The notes: generated by a model not told the origin, from the letters alone. Counted from the stretch's first letter, positions 25,554 to 37,764 are shown. The stretch is DNA of 64,000 nucleotides from Lytechinus pictus (GCF_037042905.1 NC_087245.1:31932001-31996000); one strand, 5' to 3'. Numbers and translations are program-made.

Positions 25554-26358
25554 AGTAGAGAATGATTATCTTCGTTTCTAATTTCGAAAACAAATACAGT
25601 TTGGAAGCAACATTGCATAGAGAACCATGTGATCTATGTATTAGTATTGTGCAGGATAAACGGAAAAAAGTCATACAGTCACAGTGAAAGCAACTTTCCT
25701 TTCTTTCCAGTCATTGTTGTAGCTAGAAAATTGGTACTGTAAACAGCGAAGGGTATATTAATAGGCAAAGAGTAATTAGCTAAAAATTGATATTGAATTT
25801 TTTTTTTCTGATGTCTGTTTTTTAATTTATTGTGTTTTCAACTTTTTGTTTTGCATTTTCGATGGACATCATCTGCAACTGTATTCAGAATATAAAGAAA
25901 ATATTATCACTTGATTTTAATCAGTAAATGTAGAAATGGTGATATATTTATGAATTTGGCATTACATCACAATTTGCATTGGATCTGTAGAGGAAATCTT
26001 GTTTTGGAGCAGTTTTGGGCCTGATGCACACTTTACAAATGTGTACTGACTGAGGGGTCGCAAATTTGGTTTCAAAAGTTTTTGCGAGACTTCAAAGAAA
26101 GTCTTAGAATGAGTCAGCACCAGCTTTTCATGTTACAGATATGATGTAAAATTGTCTGGGAAAGTCCCCCCCCCCTTTTAGGATTAAGTTTTTGCATTTT
26201 CCATACACAAAAAGTGTACATTCTTATTCCATGAATTTTAGAAAAACAAATAGTTATCAAGTATCACTGAAAATATGGCATGAATTTCAGGACAATATTT
26301 TTCTCAATATTGGGCTATTCTTTTACAATGTTCCATTTAATTATGTTTATTATCTTAA

Positions 26359-27044
26359 CCCTATTTCGCCTGGGCTAATTTAGAATGGCATAGCCCGGGG
26401 AGACGTACCTGTTGTTTTTGCTTTCCCCCTTCAAACCTCGGATGTTCATTCCGCTTGATCGTGAAAAAAATTTGCATGCACACACCCAAGACGTAATCTC
26501 CACAATTCGATTGTCAATTGTACTAAACTTAATTCAAATTTATGTTTAATCAATTGAATATGTTACCGTAATTTATACATTAAATCATAAGTTGGCTGTG
26601 AATCTTTAAAAATACCCCCAAAACTGCTAGATTTTGATCTTGGCAGTCTAGACAGGATTATTATGAAATGTTTTAAAAATGGCAATTTTTAAAACTTATG
26701 TTTTTCATTGTTTTTCGTTGGAAATCATCGGCAAATTTTTTCAGTCATAACTAACATGAATTCTATTGCTTTTAATCAGTAAAAATAAAAATCATGATAC
26801 ATTTATGAATTTTAGCTGCATGCAGAATTTGCATTTGATTTGTACATGAAATCCCATTTTTAAGCAAATTTTGTTCTTACATGCACTTAATGTTTACGTA
26901 ACATCGGAATTTGGTCTTAAAAGTTGCATGAGGCTTAATAAAGGAAATAAGTCATGAAATGTCGCAGCACAATATTTTCTTGTTACAGATTTATCATGAA
27001 AGATGTTGAGAGGGCAAAAACAGCCCCCCCCTGGGTGGATAGGG
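26359..27044. mobile_element. piggyBac-like TTAA MITE
   Basis: ttaa|ccctat ... ataggg|ttaa; further partial family copies at ~13640-14150, ~22540-23050, ~25650-26190 and ~30966-31663. Confidence 0.75.
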
Positions 27045-27168
27045 TTAAGCTCTGAACAGATATTTAATTTATCATTTCGCAGAACAATGTGTATCCCGGG
27101 AAAGTGCTTTAAAATAATCTACCATAATTTTATTTGTTATATTCTTTTTCTTATCATTTTCAATGCAG

Positions 27169-27668
27169 GTAAAGGTAGGATTTTTAATGAAGGGCCACGC
27201 ACACGAGGACATTGACCAGCTATTCACCCGGGTTTCAACATGCATAACACGGCAAAACATACCAACACTTTCATCTCTGCTTCATCATATCCCACTCTCT
27301 TATCGAAAACCAAATACCACATCGGAAAGACTCAACGCAGTCTACAATGTGAGAGACTGGCTCAAACCTTGCCTGAACAAGATGTCACTGCACAGCTTTC
27401 CACATCAATTTAGAATCACAAAACACAATGGAAAAGCTGTGAACATTACACACCAAGAAGTGGAGCAACAGCAGTGCATGGCAGGCTACAACTGGATGGG
27501 ATAACATCATCACACATCACCCTCCAGGCCAACCATCCATTGTCCCTAAAGTACATGATGCTATTACACTTACCAACCTCCAACGGGATATGCCAAAGTA
27601 TGCCCCCTACTTTAGTATTGAAGAAAGACAGGAATGGGAGAATCTGCTAGCTAGCATGGAGGAAGGTG
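27169..27668 (+). pseudogene. Exon with third catalytic-acid motif FLMKGHAHEDIDQLF
   Basis: gcag| acceptor. Reading VKVGFLMKGHAHEDIDQLFTRVS...PHQFRITK; after a +1 frameshift near 27443 it continues HTKKWSNSSAW...EWENLLASMEEG|gtaagt. Confidence 0.85.
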
Positions 27669-28081
27669 GTAAGTACAGTAGATCATCTTCATGTCTTTGT
27701 ATTGGCTTTGTTTGTAAGAGGGAGGGCAAGGTTGCTGAAATGGCCGATAAATTTTTTAATTTGATGTGGCTTCCATTATAAACTTCAATAGTCCTAGGTA
27801 TATGAGGAAGTAATTTTCCGCATTAATTTTGTTGACAGGTGTTGCAAAAGCTTTTAAAAAAATATTGATGGACAAAATTTACAAAGAAGAAGAATTTCCT
27901 GTGGAAATAATAAAAAGTTTGTCACTCAATACTGGCATCTCCTTTATACGTACACCCTTCAAATTAAAAGTATTAAAAGAAGGAAAGCATTTATTTATTC
28001 ACATGTCTAAACAGGTTCATAGGATCAGAGATATAATGACTGTTTTGCATCTTAGTCCTGTTGTATGAAAATAGTAATTAT

Positions 28082-28495
28082 TATATCCTACATAAATTAA
28101 ATCCTGTATGCTGATTGGTTTAAATAGCATCATGTGACCAAACATATTCTCATTATTTTGCGGTGATGTCGAAAATGAAAGCCCACGGAAGAAAATGTGC
28201 TATTCCGTTATCACTGACGTCACTTGCAAGCACTAATACGCGCACTGAGCACGTAGCTAAGCACTTCAGGAAAAGCAGGTCAGTCACTGAGTCAGCGGGG
28301 CTGGTTTGGTTCAGATTTTTTAAAAAAAGGATGTACAAGAACTAGATTATCAAGATCTATTGCTCTAACTTATTAAAGTAGGATATAAAACCAATATACC
28401 AGGCCATTATTTGGAAAACTATAGAGGGAATTATTCATCCTCGGTTGTACTGGCAAAATCAGCCTGGTATATTTTTATACTATAATAAGGTATAA
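28082..28495. mobile_element. Small interspersed DNA element in a transposase intron
   Basis: Inverted motifs tatatcctac / gtaggatata and tataccagg / cctggtata. Confidence 0.4.
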
Positions 28496-28627
28496 TTAAT
28501 ATCAATAGGGGATAAGGGTCGGAACTTCCAATCATTTATGCAAGCACTTATAGTTTGAAATTTGGGTTGGATTTATCTTACCACTTGTGCATATACTTCT
28601 TTTCATTCTATTGGGGATTTTTTTTAG

Positions 28628-28755
28628 GAATAGAAGACTCTGGTAAATGGCCACTGGTGGATATATTGATGGATAAAGAGTCTCAGAATACACCACAAAG
28701 ACATCTTGATCCAACTTCGGAATTCTCAAATGATGAACAGCAACCTATTCAAGCG
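28628..28755 (+). pseudogene. Penultimate exon GIEDSGKWPLVDILMDK...QPIQA
   Basis: ttttag| acceptor and |gtaagt donor; phase 1-0 matches both neighbouring exons. Confidence 0.75.
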
Positions 28756-28787
28756 GTAAGTAAATGTGTAAAAGTAGCAAAATTAAT

Positions 28788-28895
28788 CCTGCCAGTACCC
28801 GCTTTCCTCACTTGGGTTGATTGCAGCACAATGTGGTTCAATTTCTTGCTGAAGAAAGTTAACCCATAGCTGGGATTCCAAACACTCAGAGTTAA
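28788..28895 (-). mobile_element. Partial SINE (same family as 23055)
   Basis: Reverse-complement match: gtaccc..cctcacttgggttgattgcagcacaatgtgg..ttcttgctgaag. Confidence 0.7.
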
Positions 28896-28994
28896 TCACT
28901 TGTGCCCCATAATATGTGTATGTGCACTATAACACTGTTAACTTGTATTGCCTTTGTAATAAATATTTAGATTTTTCTCATTGCAATATTTCAG

Positions 28995-29339
28995 GTCCAT
29001 CTAGGTACTAAGCAGAAAAGGCCTCAACAGCTAGTATTAAAACTGGGAGATATGGTTGCAGTCTACTTAGAAGAGTTCAGTAATGAGTGGCCGCGAGTGA
29101 GCAAAGTGTTGGAAATGACTTGAGACAGTGTGAAGCTGCATTGGTACTCAGGATCAGAAACGTCCACGTGGATATCACCTACCACATCAGTTCAAGGACA
29201 GAAGGGTCAGCCGTACACAGGAGAAGTCTCTCTTCAAGAAGTCATTTCTTTCCCCTACAGTCTCACTAAAACAAACAAATTACCATAGGATATCCAGTGT
29301 TACTTGAAGGAAAAACGTGAAGAATACTTTGCATATTAG
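28995..29339 (+). pseudogene. Last exon, Tudor/SH3-barrel-like C-terminal domain (LKLGDMVAVY..EWPRVSKVLE..VKLHWYSG..W)
   Basis: tcag| acceptor; 115 codons ending in TAG at 29337-29339, with premature TGA (29121) and TAG (29286). Confidence 0.75.
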
Positions 29340-29489
29340 GTCTGTATGAACATACACTGTATTCATACCAATTTGGAATGAGTTTGTTTGTCCAGGACTC
29401 AAAAGCTGTATGTCTATATGGAAGCCACTTGAATTATGTATTTTTGTGATATTACAATGTACCTATATGTTTCCACATTGGATATGGTG

Positions 29490-30039
29490 CCCGGGGGGGC
29501 CACTTACATTGACGAGTGGATACCATGCGCGACCAAAAAAACATGAAAAAAGGATGTCTTATTCAAGATTGGGCATGTTATGTACGTAACAAGGGTGTCA
29601 AAAACACAAAAATAATGGAAAAAGGGTATCTATTTCGCTAGGAAAGTTACGTGTTTAGGGTCAAATTTGCGGGAATGATGAAACAAAATTAAAATGTTTT
29701 ATAAAGGATGTCCTCTTTGCCCCAACACTACGTGTTTAGAGTCCGATTTGCGCGAGGTGTGGAAGGTGGGGCCGTGCACCAAATGGTGTGTAAAGGTAAA
29801 ACCGACGACCAACGGACCCGTGACATAACATATCGCTGTACTTGTTTAGGGGTTCATTTCAGGGAATACTTGCCAAGAGTGTTGATTTGTTACCAATACT
29901 TGTTAAGGGTAGGGTTTCAGATGCCAATACTTGTTAAGGGGTGCATTTTCAGAATATGGAAAATACTTGTTTAGGGTGCTTTTCGAGACCCCATGGTCGC
30001 GCATGGTATCCACTCGTTAACGGAAGTGGCCCCCCTGGG
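29490..30039. mobile_element. MITE with ~45-bp TIR and 8-bp TSD
   Basis: cccgggggggccactt..gagtggataccatgcgcgacca mirrored at the right end; TSD atatggtg (29482-29489 and 30040-30047). Confidence 0.9.
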
Positions 30040-30343
30040 ATATGGTGATAATTTCCAGGGTTTATCTTCACATAATTTTGATCACCTACATGTATCTACA
30101 TTTAGAAGAGATAAATGCACAATGATTGATAGAGAGTTGGTACCTGAAGTAGGTAATGAATTGAGTTCCACTGCCAATGGAAAGTTTACCCTCTCAGTGC
30201 TCAAGAGGTAAGCTCCTTACCATGGAACTCATTATGCAACATTTGATTCGGTCAGTTTATGAAGTGAAGTAAGAATTTAGAAAAATGGGGGTCGGATGTA
30301 CAAAAAGGCTTATCATTTTATGGAATTTCCCCAAGGTTAAGTT

Positions 30344-31710
30344 TTTGTCTCGCCTGCATAGCAGAGTGAGACTATAGGCGCCGCTTTTTCGACGGCGGCG
30401 GCGTCGTCAACATTGAAATCTTAACCAAGGTTAAGTTTTTGAAATGTCATCATAACTTAGAAAGTATATGGGCCTAGTTCATGAAACTTGAACAAGGGTA
30501 ATCAAGTATGACGAAACATCCTGCTTGAGTTTCAGGTCACATGACCAAGGTCAAAGTTCAATTAGGGTCAATGAACTTATACCATGTTGGGGGAATCAAT
30601 ATCGAAATTTTAACCAAGGTCCAGTTTTTGAAATGTTGTCATAACTTTGAAAGTATATGGACCTAGTTCATAAAACTTAGACATAAGGGTAATAGTGTAT
30701 CACTAAAGATCCTGCTTGAGTTTCAGGTCACAGGATTAAGGTCAAAGGTCACTTAGGGTCAATCTATGGCCATGTTGGGGTTATTTGAGGAATTATCATC
30801 ATAACTTTAAAACTTTATGGATCTAGTTCATGAAACTTGGACATAAGAGCAACCATGTATCCCTGAATATCATGTGTGAGTTTCAGGTCACATGACTAAG
30901 GTCAAAGGTCACTTAGGGTCAACGAACTTTGGCCATATTGGGGGTATAGGAGGAATTGTCATCATCCTAAGAATACTGGGGGGGGGGCTGAATTGATTCA
31001 GCCCCCCCCCCTCGACATTTTTCGCGATAAATCCGTCGCTCGAAATTTTTTGACCGCGTCGTTCACTGACTTTTTACTTTCAAGTCTTGCGCAACTTTTG
31101 AGACCAAAATTGTGACCCCCGGGTACGCGGTTCCGAAATTACGCAACATTTCGTAAGTGCATGCAGTCCCAAAATTACTCAAAAACGTGAATTTGTGTGC
31201 AAATCCAATGCAAATAATGTTTTAAGCCAAAATTCATAAAATGTATCATTATTTTTCCTTTTACTGCTTAAAATCAATTAATTTTATCTTATGGTCAAAA
31301 TAAAGTCCCCGACAATTTCCATTGAAAAAACAATAAAAACCAAAAAGTCAAAAAACAAAGAAATACATAAGAAATTTAGAAAACAATAGAATACATAAGA
31401 AAATAAATGTGATGTTGAAATTTTTGAAAAATAAATTTGATCAGATGCCTATCTTGAGTCTGTGAAACAAAAATTTGAATTTTAGGGGCATTATTTTATT
31501 AATTAGAGCAAACTTATGATTTTATGCATAAATTAGCATAATTAATGAGCAATGAGATTTTTCGCAAAATTTGATATTATAGTTTTGTAGATAATGCCAT
31601 GGGTAATGGGCGTGCCAATTTTCGTCGCGATCGACGGCCGAGATCATAAGGAGGGGCTGAATCAGTGAACTTAGACCATGTTGGGGGAATGAATATCGAA
31701 ATCTTAACCT
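30344..31710 (+). mobile_element. Helentron-associated (HINE/DINE-1-like) element with ~180-bp tandem units, interrupted by a piggyBac-like MITE (~30966-31663)
   Basis: 5' inverted repeat gtctcgc..gtgagac, a (ggc)n microsatellite and ggtcacatgaccaaggtcaaa units; truncated sibling at ~21320-21495. Confidence 0.7.
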
Positions 31711-31772
31711 CGAGTATATATATTTATTTATTTCTTCTGTTTTTCATTGATGTTGATCTAGTTGATATAATG

Positions 31773-34700
31773 GTGTAGCTTTGAAATTAAGATAAATTTA
31801 TCCTCGTGTAGCCTTGAAATTAAGATAAATTTATCCTTGTGTAGCTTTGAAATTAGGATAAATTTATCCTCGTGTAGCTTTGAAATTAAGATAAATTTAT
31901 CCTCATGTATTCTTGAAATTAGGATGAATTTATCCTCATGAAGCCTTGAAATTAAGATAAATTTATCCTCGTGTAGCCATGAAATTAAGATAAATTTATC
32001 CTCGTGTAGCCTTGAAATTAGGATAAATTTATCCTCGTGTAGCTTTGAAATTAAGATAAATTTATCCTCGTGTATTCTTGAAATTATGATGAATTTATCC
32101 TCATGAAGCCTTGAAATTAAGATAAATTTATCCTCGTGTAGCCATGAAATTAGGATAAATTTATCCTCGTGTAGCTTTGAAATTAGGATAAATTTATCCT
32201 CGTGTAGCTTTGGAATTAAGATAAATTTATCCTCATGTAGCCTTGAAATTAGGATAAATTTATCCTCATGTAGCCTTGAAGTTAGGATAAATTTATCCTC
32301 ATGTAGTCTTGAAATTAGGATAAATTTATCCTCGTGTAGCCTTGAAATTAGGATAAATTTATCCTTGTGCAGCTTTGAAATTAAGATAAATTTATCCTCA
32401 TGTAGCCTTGAAATTAAGATAAATTTATCCTCGTGTAGCCATGAAATTAGGATGAATTTATCCTCGTGCAGCTTTGAAATTAAGATAAATTTATCCTCAT
32501 GTAGCCTTGAAATTAAGATAAATTTATCCTCGTGTAGCCATGAAATTAGGATAAATTTATCCTCGTGTAGCCATGAAATTAGGATAAATTTATCCTCGTG
32601 TAGCCATGAAATTAGGATAAATTTATCCTCGTGTAGCTTTGAAAATAAGATAAATTTATCCTCGTGTAGCCTTGAAATTCAGATAAATTTATCCTCGTGT
32701 AGCTTTGAAATTAGGATAAATTTATCCTCATGTAGCCTTGAAATTAGGATAAATTTATCCTCTTGTAGCCTTGAAATAAGGATAAATTTATCCTCGTGTA
32801 GCTTTGAAATTAAGATAAATTTATCCTCATGTAGCTTTGAAATTAGGATAAATTTATCCACATGTAGCTTTAAAATTAAGATAAATTTATCCTCATGTAG
32901 CCTTGAAATTAGGATAAATTTATCCTCATGTAGCCTTGAAGTTAGGATAAATTTATCCTCATGTAGACTGAAATTAAGATAAATTTATCCTCGTGTAGCC
33001 TTGAAATTAGGATAAATTTATCCTCATGTAGCCTTGAAGTTAGGATAAATTTATCCTCATGTAGTCTTGAAATTAAGATAAATTTATCCTCGTGTAGCCA
33101 TGAAATTAGGATAAATTTATCCTCGTGTAGCTTTGAAATTAGGATAAATTTATCCTCATGTAGCCTTGAAGTTAGGATAAATTTATCCTCATGTAGACTG
33201 AAATTAAGATAAATTTATCCTCGTGTAGCCTTGAAGTTAGGATAAATTTATCCTCATGTAGACTGAAATTAAGATAAATTTATCCTCGTGTAGCCTTGAA
33301 ATTAGGATAAATTTATCCTCATGTAGCCTTGAAGTTAGGATAAATTTATCCTCATGTAGTCCTGAAATTAAGATAAATTTATCCTCGTGTAGCCATGAAA
33401 TTAGGATAAATTTATCCTCGTGTAGCTTTGAAAATAAGATAAATTTATCCTCGTGTAGCCTTGAAATTAAGATAAATTTATCCTCGTGTAGCTTTGAAAT
33501 TAGGATAAATTTATCCTCATGTAGCCTTGAAATTAGGATAAATTTATCCTCTTGTAGCTTTGAAATTAGGATAAATTTATCCTCGTGCAGCTTTGAAATT
33601 AGGATAAATTTATCCTCATGTAGCCTTGAAGTTAGGATAAATTTATCCTCATGTAGTCTTGAAATTAAGATAAATTTATCCTCGTGTAGCCATGAAATTA
33701 GGATAAATTTATCCTCGTGTAGCTTTGAAATTAGGATAAATTTATCCTCATGTAGCCTTGAAGTTAGGATAAATTTATCCTCATGTAGACTGAAATTAAG
33801 ATAAATTTATCCTCGTGTAGCCTTGAAGTTAGGATAAATTTATCCTCATGTAGACTGAAATTAAGATAAATTTATCCTCGTGTAGCCTTGAAATTAGGAT
33901 AAATTTATCCTCATGTAGCCTTGAAGTTAGGATAAATTTATCCTCATGTAGTCCTGAAATTAAGATAAATTTATCCTCGTGTAGCCATGAAATTAGGATA
34001 AATTTATCCTCGTGTAGCTTTGAAAATAAGATAAATTTATCCTCGTGTAGCCTTGAAATTAAGATAAATTTATCCTCGTGTAGCTTTGAAATTAGGATAA
34101 ATTTATCCTCATGTAGCCTTGAAATTAGGATAAATTTATCCTCTTGTAGCTTTGAAATTAGGATAAATTTATCCTCGTGCAGCTTTGAAATTAAGATAAA
34201 TTTATCCTCATGTAGATTTGAAATTAGGATAAATTTATCCTCGTGTATTCTTGAAATTAGGATGAATTTATCCTCATGAAGCCTTGAAATTAAGATAAAT
34301 TTATCCTCGTGTATCCTTGAAATTAAGATAAATTTATCCTCGTGTAGCCTTGAAATTAGGATAAATTTATCCTCGTGAAGCTTTGAAATTAAGATAAATT
34401 TATCCTCATGTAGCTTTGAAATTAAGATAAATTTATCCTTGCGTAGCCTTGAAATTAGGATAAATTTATCCTCATCTAGCATTGAAATTAAGATAAATTT
34501 ATCCTCATGTAGCTTTGAAATTAGGATAAATTTATCCTCATGTAGCTTTGAAATTAAGATAAATTTATCCTCATGTAGCATTGAAATTAGGATAAATTTA
34601 TCCTCGTGTAGCTATGAAATTAGGATAAATTTATCCTCGTGTAGCCTTGAAATTAGGATAAATTTATCCTCGTGTAGCTTTGAATTTAAGATAAATTTAT

Positions 34701-34842
34701 CCTCGTGTAGCTTTGAAATTAAGATAAATTTATCCTCATGTAGCTTTGAAATTAAGATAAATTTATCCTTGCGTAGCTTTGAAATTAGGATAAATTTATC
34801 CTCATGTAGCCTTGAAATTAAGATAAATTTATCCTGCTGTAG
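31773..34842. repeat. 33-bp tandem array (~93 units), consensus TGAAATTARGATAAATTTATCCTCRTGTAGCYT
   Basis: Directly visible. Each unit contains the palindrome GATAAATTTATC (16-bp AGGATAAATTTATCCT in G variants); some 32-bp units; no spacers. Confidence 0.98.
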
Positions 34843-35154
34843 TATTAGCAGGATGAACTAATCCTTATAATTGTAATAGATTTGTATGATATATTTATTT
34901 GATCTGTTATTCCTATTAAATGGTTGTATTAATTGAAATGCTGTTCCCGTTTGTTTCTTTTATTGTTAGAGACTTGCAAACATACATTGAATTGCCAATA
35001 GTCATTAAATAGAGTGATTGGAGAGAATGTGTAGAAGAGAGAACAAGTGATACAAGTGGTTGTTAAGTGCAAAAATGTGAAATAAATATTATGGAATGAA
35101 TATGATGAACATTTGAAGAAAAATGAACAAAGATTCATTCACTTTGAAAAGATT

Positions 35155-36025
35155 TACTGTTATTAGTGGATTGGTGAGATATGTCTGCTCTTCATGAATT
35201 CATAGAAAGACAGTCCTTAAAATGTCCCTTTTCTGGTCTGAATATCTGTGCGCTCGCAATATTTGATTAGTGAGATACGTGTCATGTTCATGATTACAAT
35301 TAATACAATGATAATGATATGGTCCATTTATATAGCTCAGCTACTATTATTGCATATACTAGTACTCTGCTGCGCTTGATAATTGGTATCAAATTATTAC
35401 CCTGGCCGTAGCTAAGCCGCCATATAGGCGCTTAAGCATTCAATGAATAAACCATATCGGGTACCCATTTACCTCACCTGGGTTAAGTGCAGCACAATGT
35501 GGGTTTTCACACACCAATATTGAGATTCGAACCCACGCCCCTCAGAGTGAAAGATGAGAGTAACCAATAGACCACGACGCCCAGAGCTTCATGTGTTTAG
35601 GTGTAATTCTAACAAAATCAGCAAGCGCTTGGGGCTCGCATTAGGTGACTATGGTGAGATATGTATGCTCTTCATGAATTCCTAAAAATAATCCTCAAAA
35701 TGTCCCTGTTTGGTGTCAATATATACAAAGTTTCAGCTCGCACTTCGCGCTCGCATTCTTTGTATAGTGAGCCTATATGACTATCATGACTACAAAAATT
35801 TGCTTAATAATGTCCCTTTTTCAGGTCTGAATATCAATATTATCAGCTCGCGCTTCGCGCACGCATTTTTTGATCAGTTAGATACATATCACTTTAATGG
35901 CATAGTCCTTAAAATGTATCTCTATTAGGTCAGTATACCTGGCAATTGAGAGCGCTTTGCGCACCCACTAAGTGACTCAATAGTTTTGCTGGTGCCCCCA
36001 TGCCATGACCCACTGTACGCCACTG
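35155..36025 (-). mobile_element. Truncated inverted copy of the 10470 hAT-like family, with a SINE inserted (~35308-35582, minus strand)
   Basis: Ends gtacgccactg; reverse-complement similarity to 10470-11680; SINE core gtacccatttacctcacctggg and B box gattcgaaccc. Confidence 0.75.
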
Positions 36026-37764
36026 AATGTACATTTTGTTTCCAATTGTTTGTATTCCTTGTCTTAAATGAACATTGCCATTAAAGTAAGAGGCGAGTGA
36101 GTGGAGGTTTAATTGAGAGAAATTTGATATTTGAGTGGTTGCATGAAGGAATATGAATGAGAAATATCAGTCTTAATAAAATTTTGAATAAAAGTGAACA
36201 AAGATCGGATCATTTTGGAAAAATTCTTATTGTTTCCATAGGCCTACACTGTCAATGATGTCAGAAATTTCTCCCAATTTGAGTAGGCCCTAAGTATAAT
36301 TCGGTTTAAATTGGAAAAAATGGTATAACTCATACTTTCGTGTATACGTGGATTGCTAAAATCTAACAAAGTTCAATGTGGATTGTGGAAGGAGTGGTTC
36401 CGCAGTTTGTATAAGTGAGTTGTCATCTTGACACTGCTTTGGAAAAGTATTTCAACAACGAAACAAACAAACCGAACAAATTCATTGTTATTGTTTTTTT
36501 TCTCTCTCTCGAATGATGCTGTGTTGGTCAACGTGTTGTTTGTTACTTTTGTGGATTGTGTGACAGCGTGGGAATATCGTTTCTTTTTACTCCTGTTTGT
36601 GAGAATGTGACGAGTCATGATCATGCCGAACTGGTATTATTTAGGTATTTCTCATTTTCATGTTTTCTTTTATCTGTAAATACTCAATGACCGATGTCAT
36701 GATGGCATTTCGCATCCTGTACGGAAGATTGGACGGCCGGGAAGAGGGGGGGGGGGGTGATCATCCCCTATATCTATCAAAATGTAACAGATATGTTCTG
36801 TGTCAGACATCTTTGACAACCTCCTCTCCTTTCCTGGCACCTGTCATCTTGCTTACTCCACCCTCGATGGCTTGTATCGGTCATTTGGGATAAGGCTACC
36901 CTCCACATGGTGGTTCCCCCACATGGTTTGGTGTACATGTGATAGATGTTGGTACAAAATGAAAGTAATACGTGGTTGGTAAAGAATAGAAACACATGGC
37001 GTAAGTAACAGCAGGTGACATACCGCCTATCATGACATTACACCCGGGACGACTCCCCGTACTTTTATTATCAGTTTGTGATGGATGAAGCAGAGGTCAG
37101 CTCTGACAGGTTGGCAGATACCAATAAGAATTGCACCTTGTCTTATCAGAGTCTCTTTATGTGTGTATCATCGCACCGAAAACGTGATTTTTATAGGTCC
37201 GCGGTTGTACAATGAAAAGTCATCAAACGTTGATTTCCATGTGTTTTGCTTTTGAGTGTCCCCTTTCCCTCCTATTTTTTGTGTGACTGTTAAGATCGAA
37301 AATGTTATCACGAACACATGTTGAAGTGAAAATGTTTTTAGAAGCAATCAAGAACCCACTCATAGACAAAGACTCAAAGAGAAATCACCCAGGAACGTAA
37401 AGGTAGATTAGCCAAACAAATACATTTTGAAGAGGGATTTCATTTTTTTTGGCAGTAGCCTCCTCCAGACATCACAAGCCTCAACCCCCCCCCCCCCCCC
37501 ACTTACTATGGATATTAGAGAATAACGAAGTACTCATCATAATTTTCTTCTTATATAACCACATTTATCACTTTAAACTTTTCATGTAAGCTCTCTATTT
37601 TCTTACTCTTCTTCGTTGTTTTTTTTTCTCAGTTCCTCTTTGCCTCTTTTTTCTTTCTTCAGAACGACATATCTTCGTATTAAAAAAAAAAATGTATCAA
37701 TAGCTTCCGCAATGATAATTTTCGGAGCTGAAGTGGCTATCTTTGACTACTAATATGCCGTTAT

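Larger units (their letters stand above)
6207..29339 (+). pseudogene. Decayed multi-exon DUF7869/Sola-like (RNase H-fold, DDD-type) transposase gene with C-terminal Tudor-like module
   Basis: Manual splicing. Exons with AG/GT boundaries at 6207-6444, 7015-7052, 8266-8371, 8825-8907, ~18121-18270 (degraded), 18523-18642, 21539-21789, 23631-23752, 27169-27668, 28628-28755 and 28995-29339. Motifs: MKCCRSYCLHK, LCKHGWRLILGITRTRL, RFSKCDICTKLK, VGFLMKGHAHEDIDQLF, HSFPHQFRI. Frameshifts near 21717 and 27443; in-frame stops at ~8872, 29121 and 29286. Confidence 0.8.

Noticed and set aside
31773..34842. CRISPR array
   Set aside because: The repeat length and palindrome are CRISPR-like, but units are contiguous with no unique spacers, there are no cas genes, and the context is eukaryotic.
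32365..34861. Long ORFs (EIRINLSSCSL)n and (LHEDKFILISK)n as a leucine-rich-repeat-like protein
   Set aside because: By-product of an 11-codon unit open on both strands. The 32-bp units shift the frame, there is no clear exon or start context, and the LRR match is only partial.
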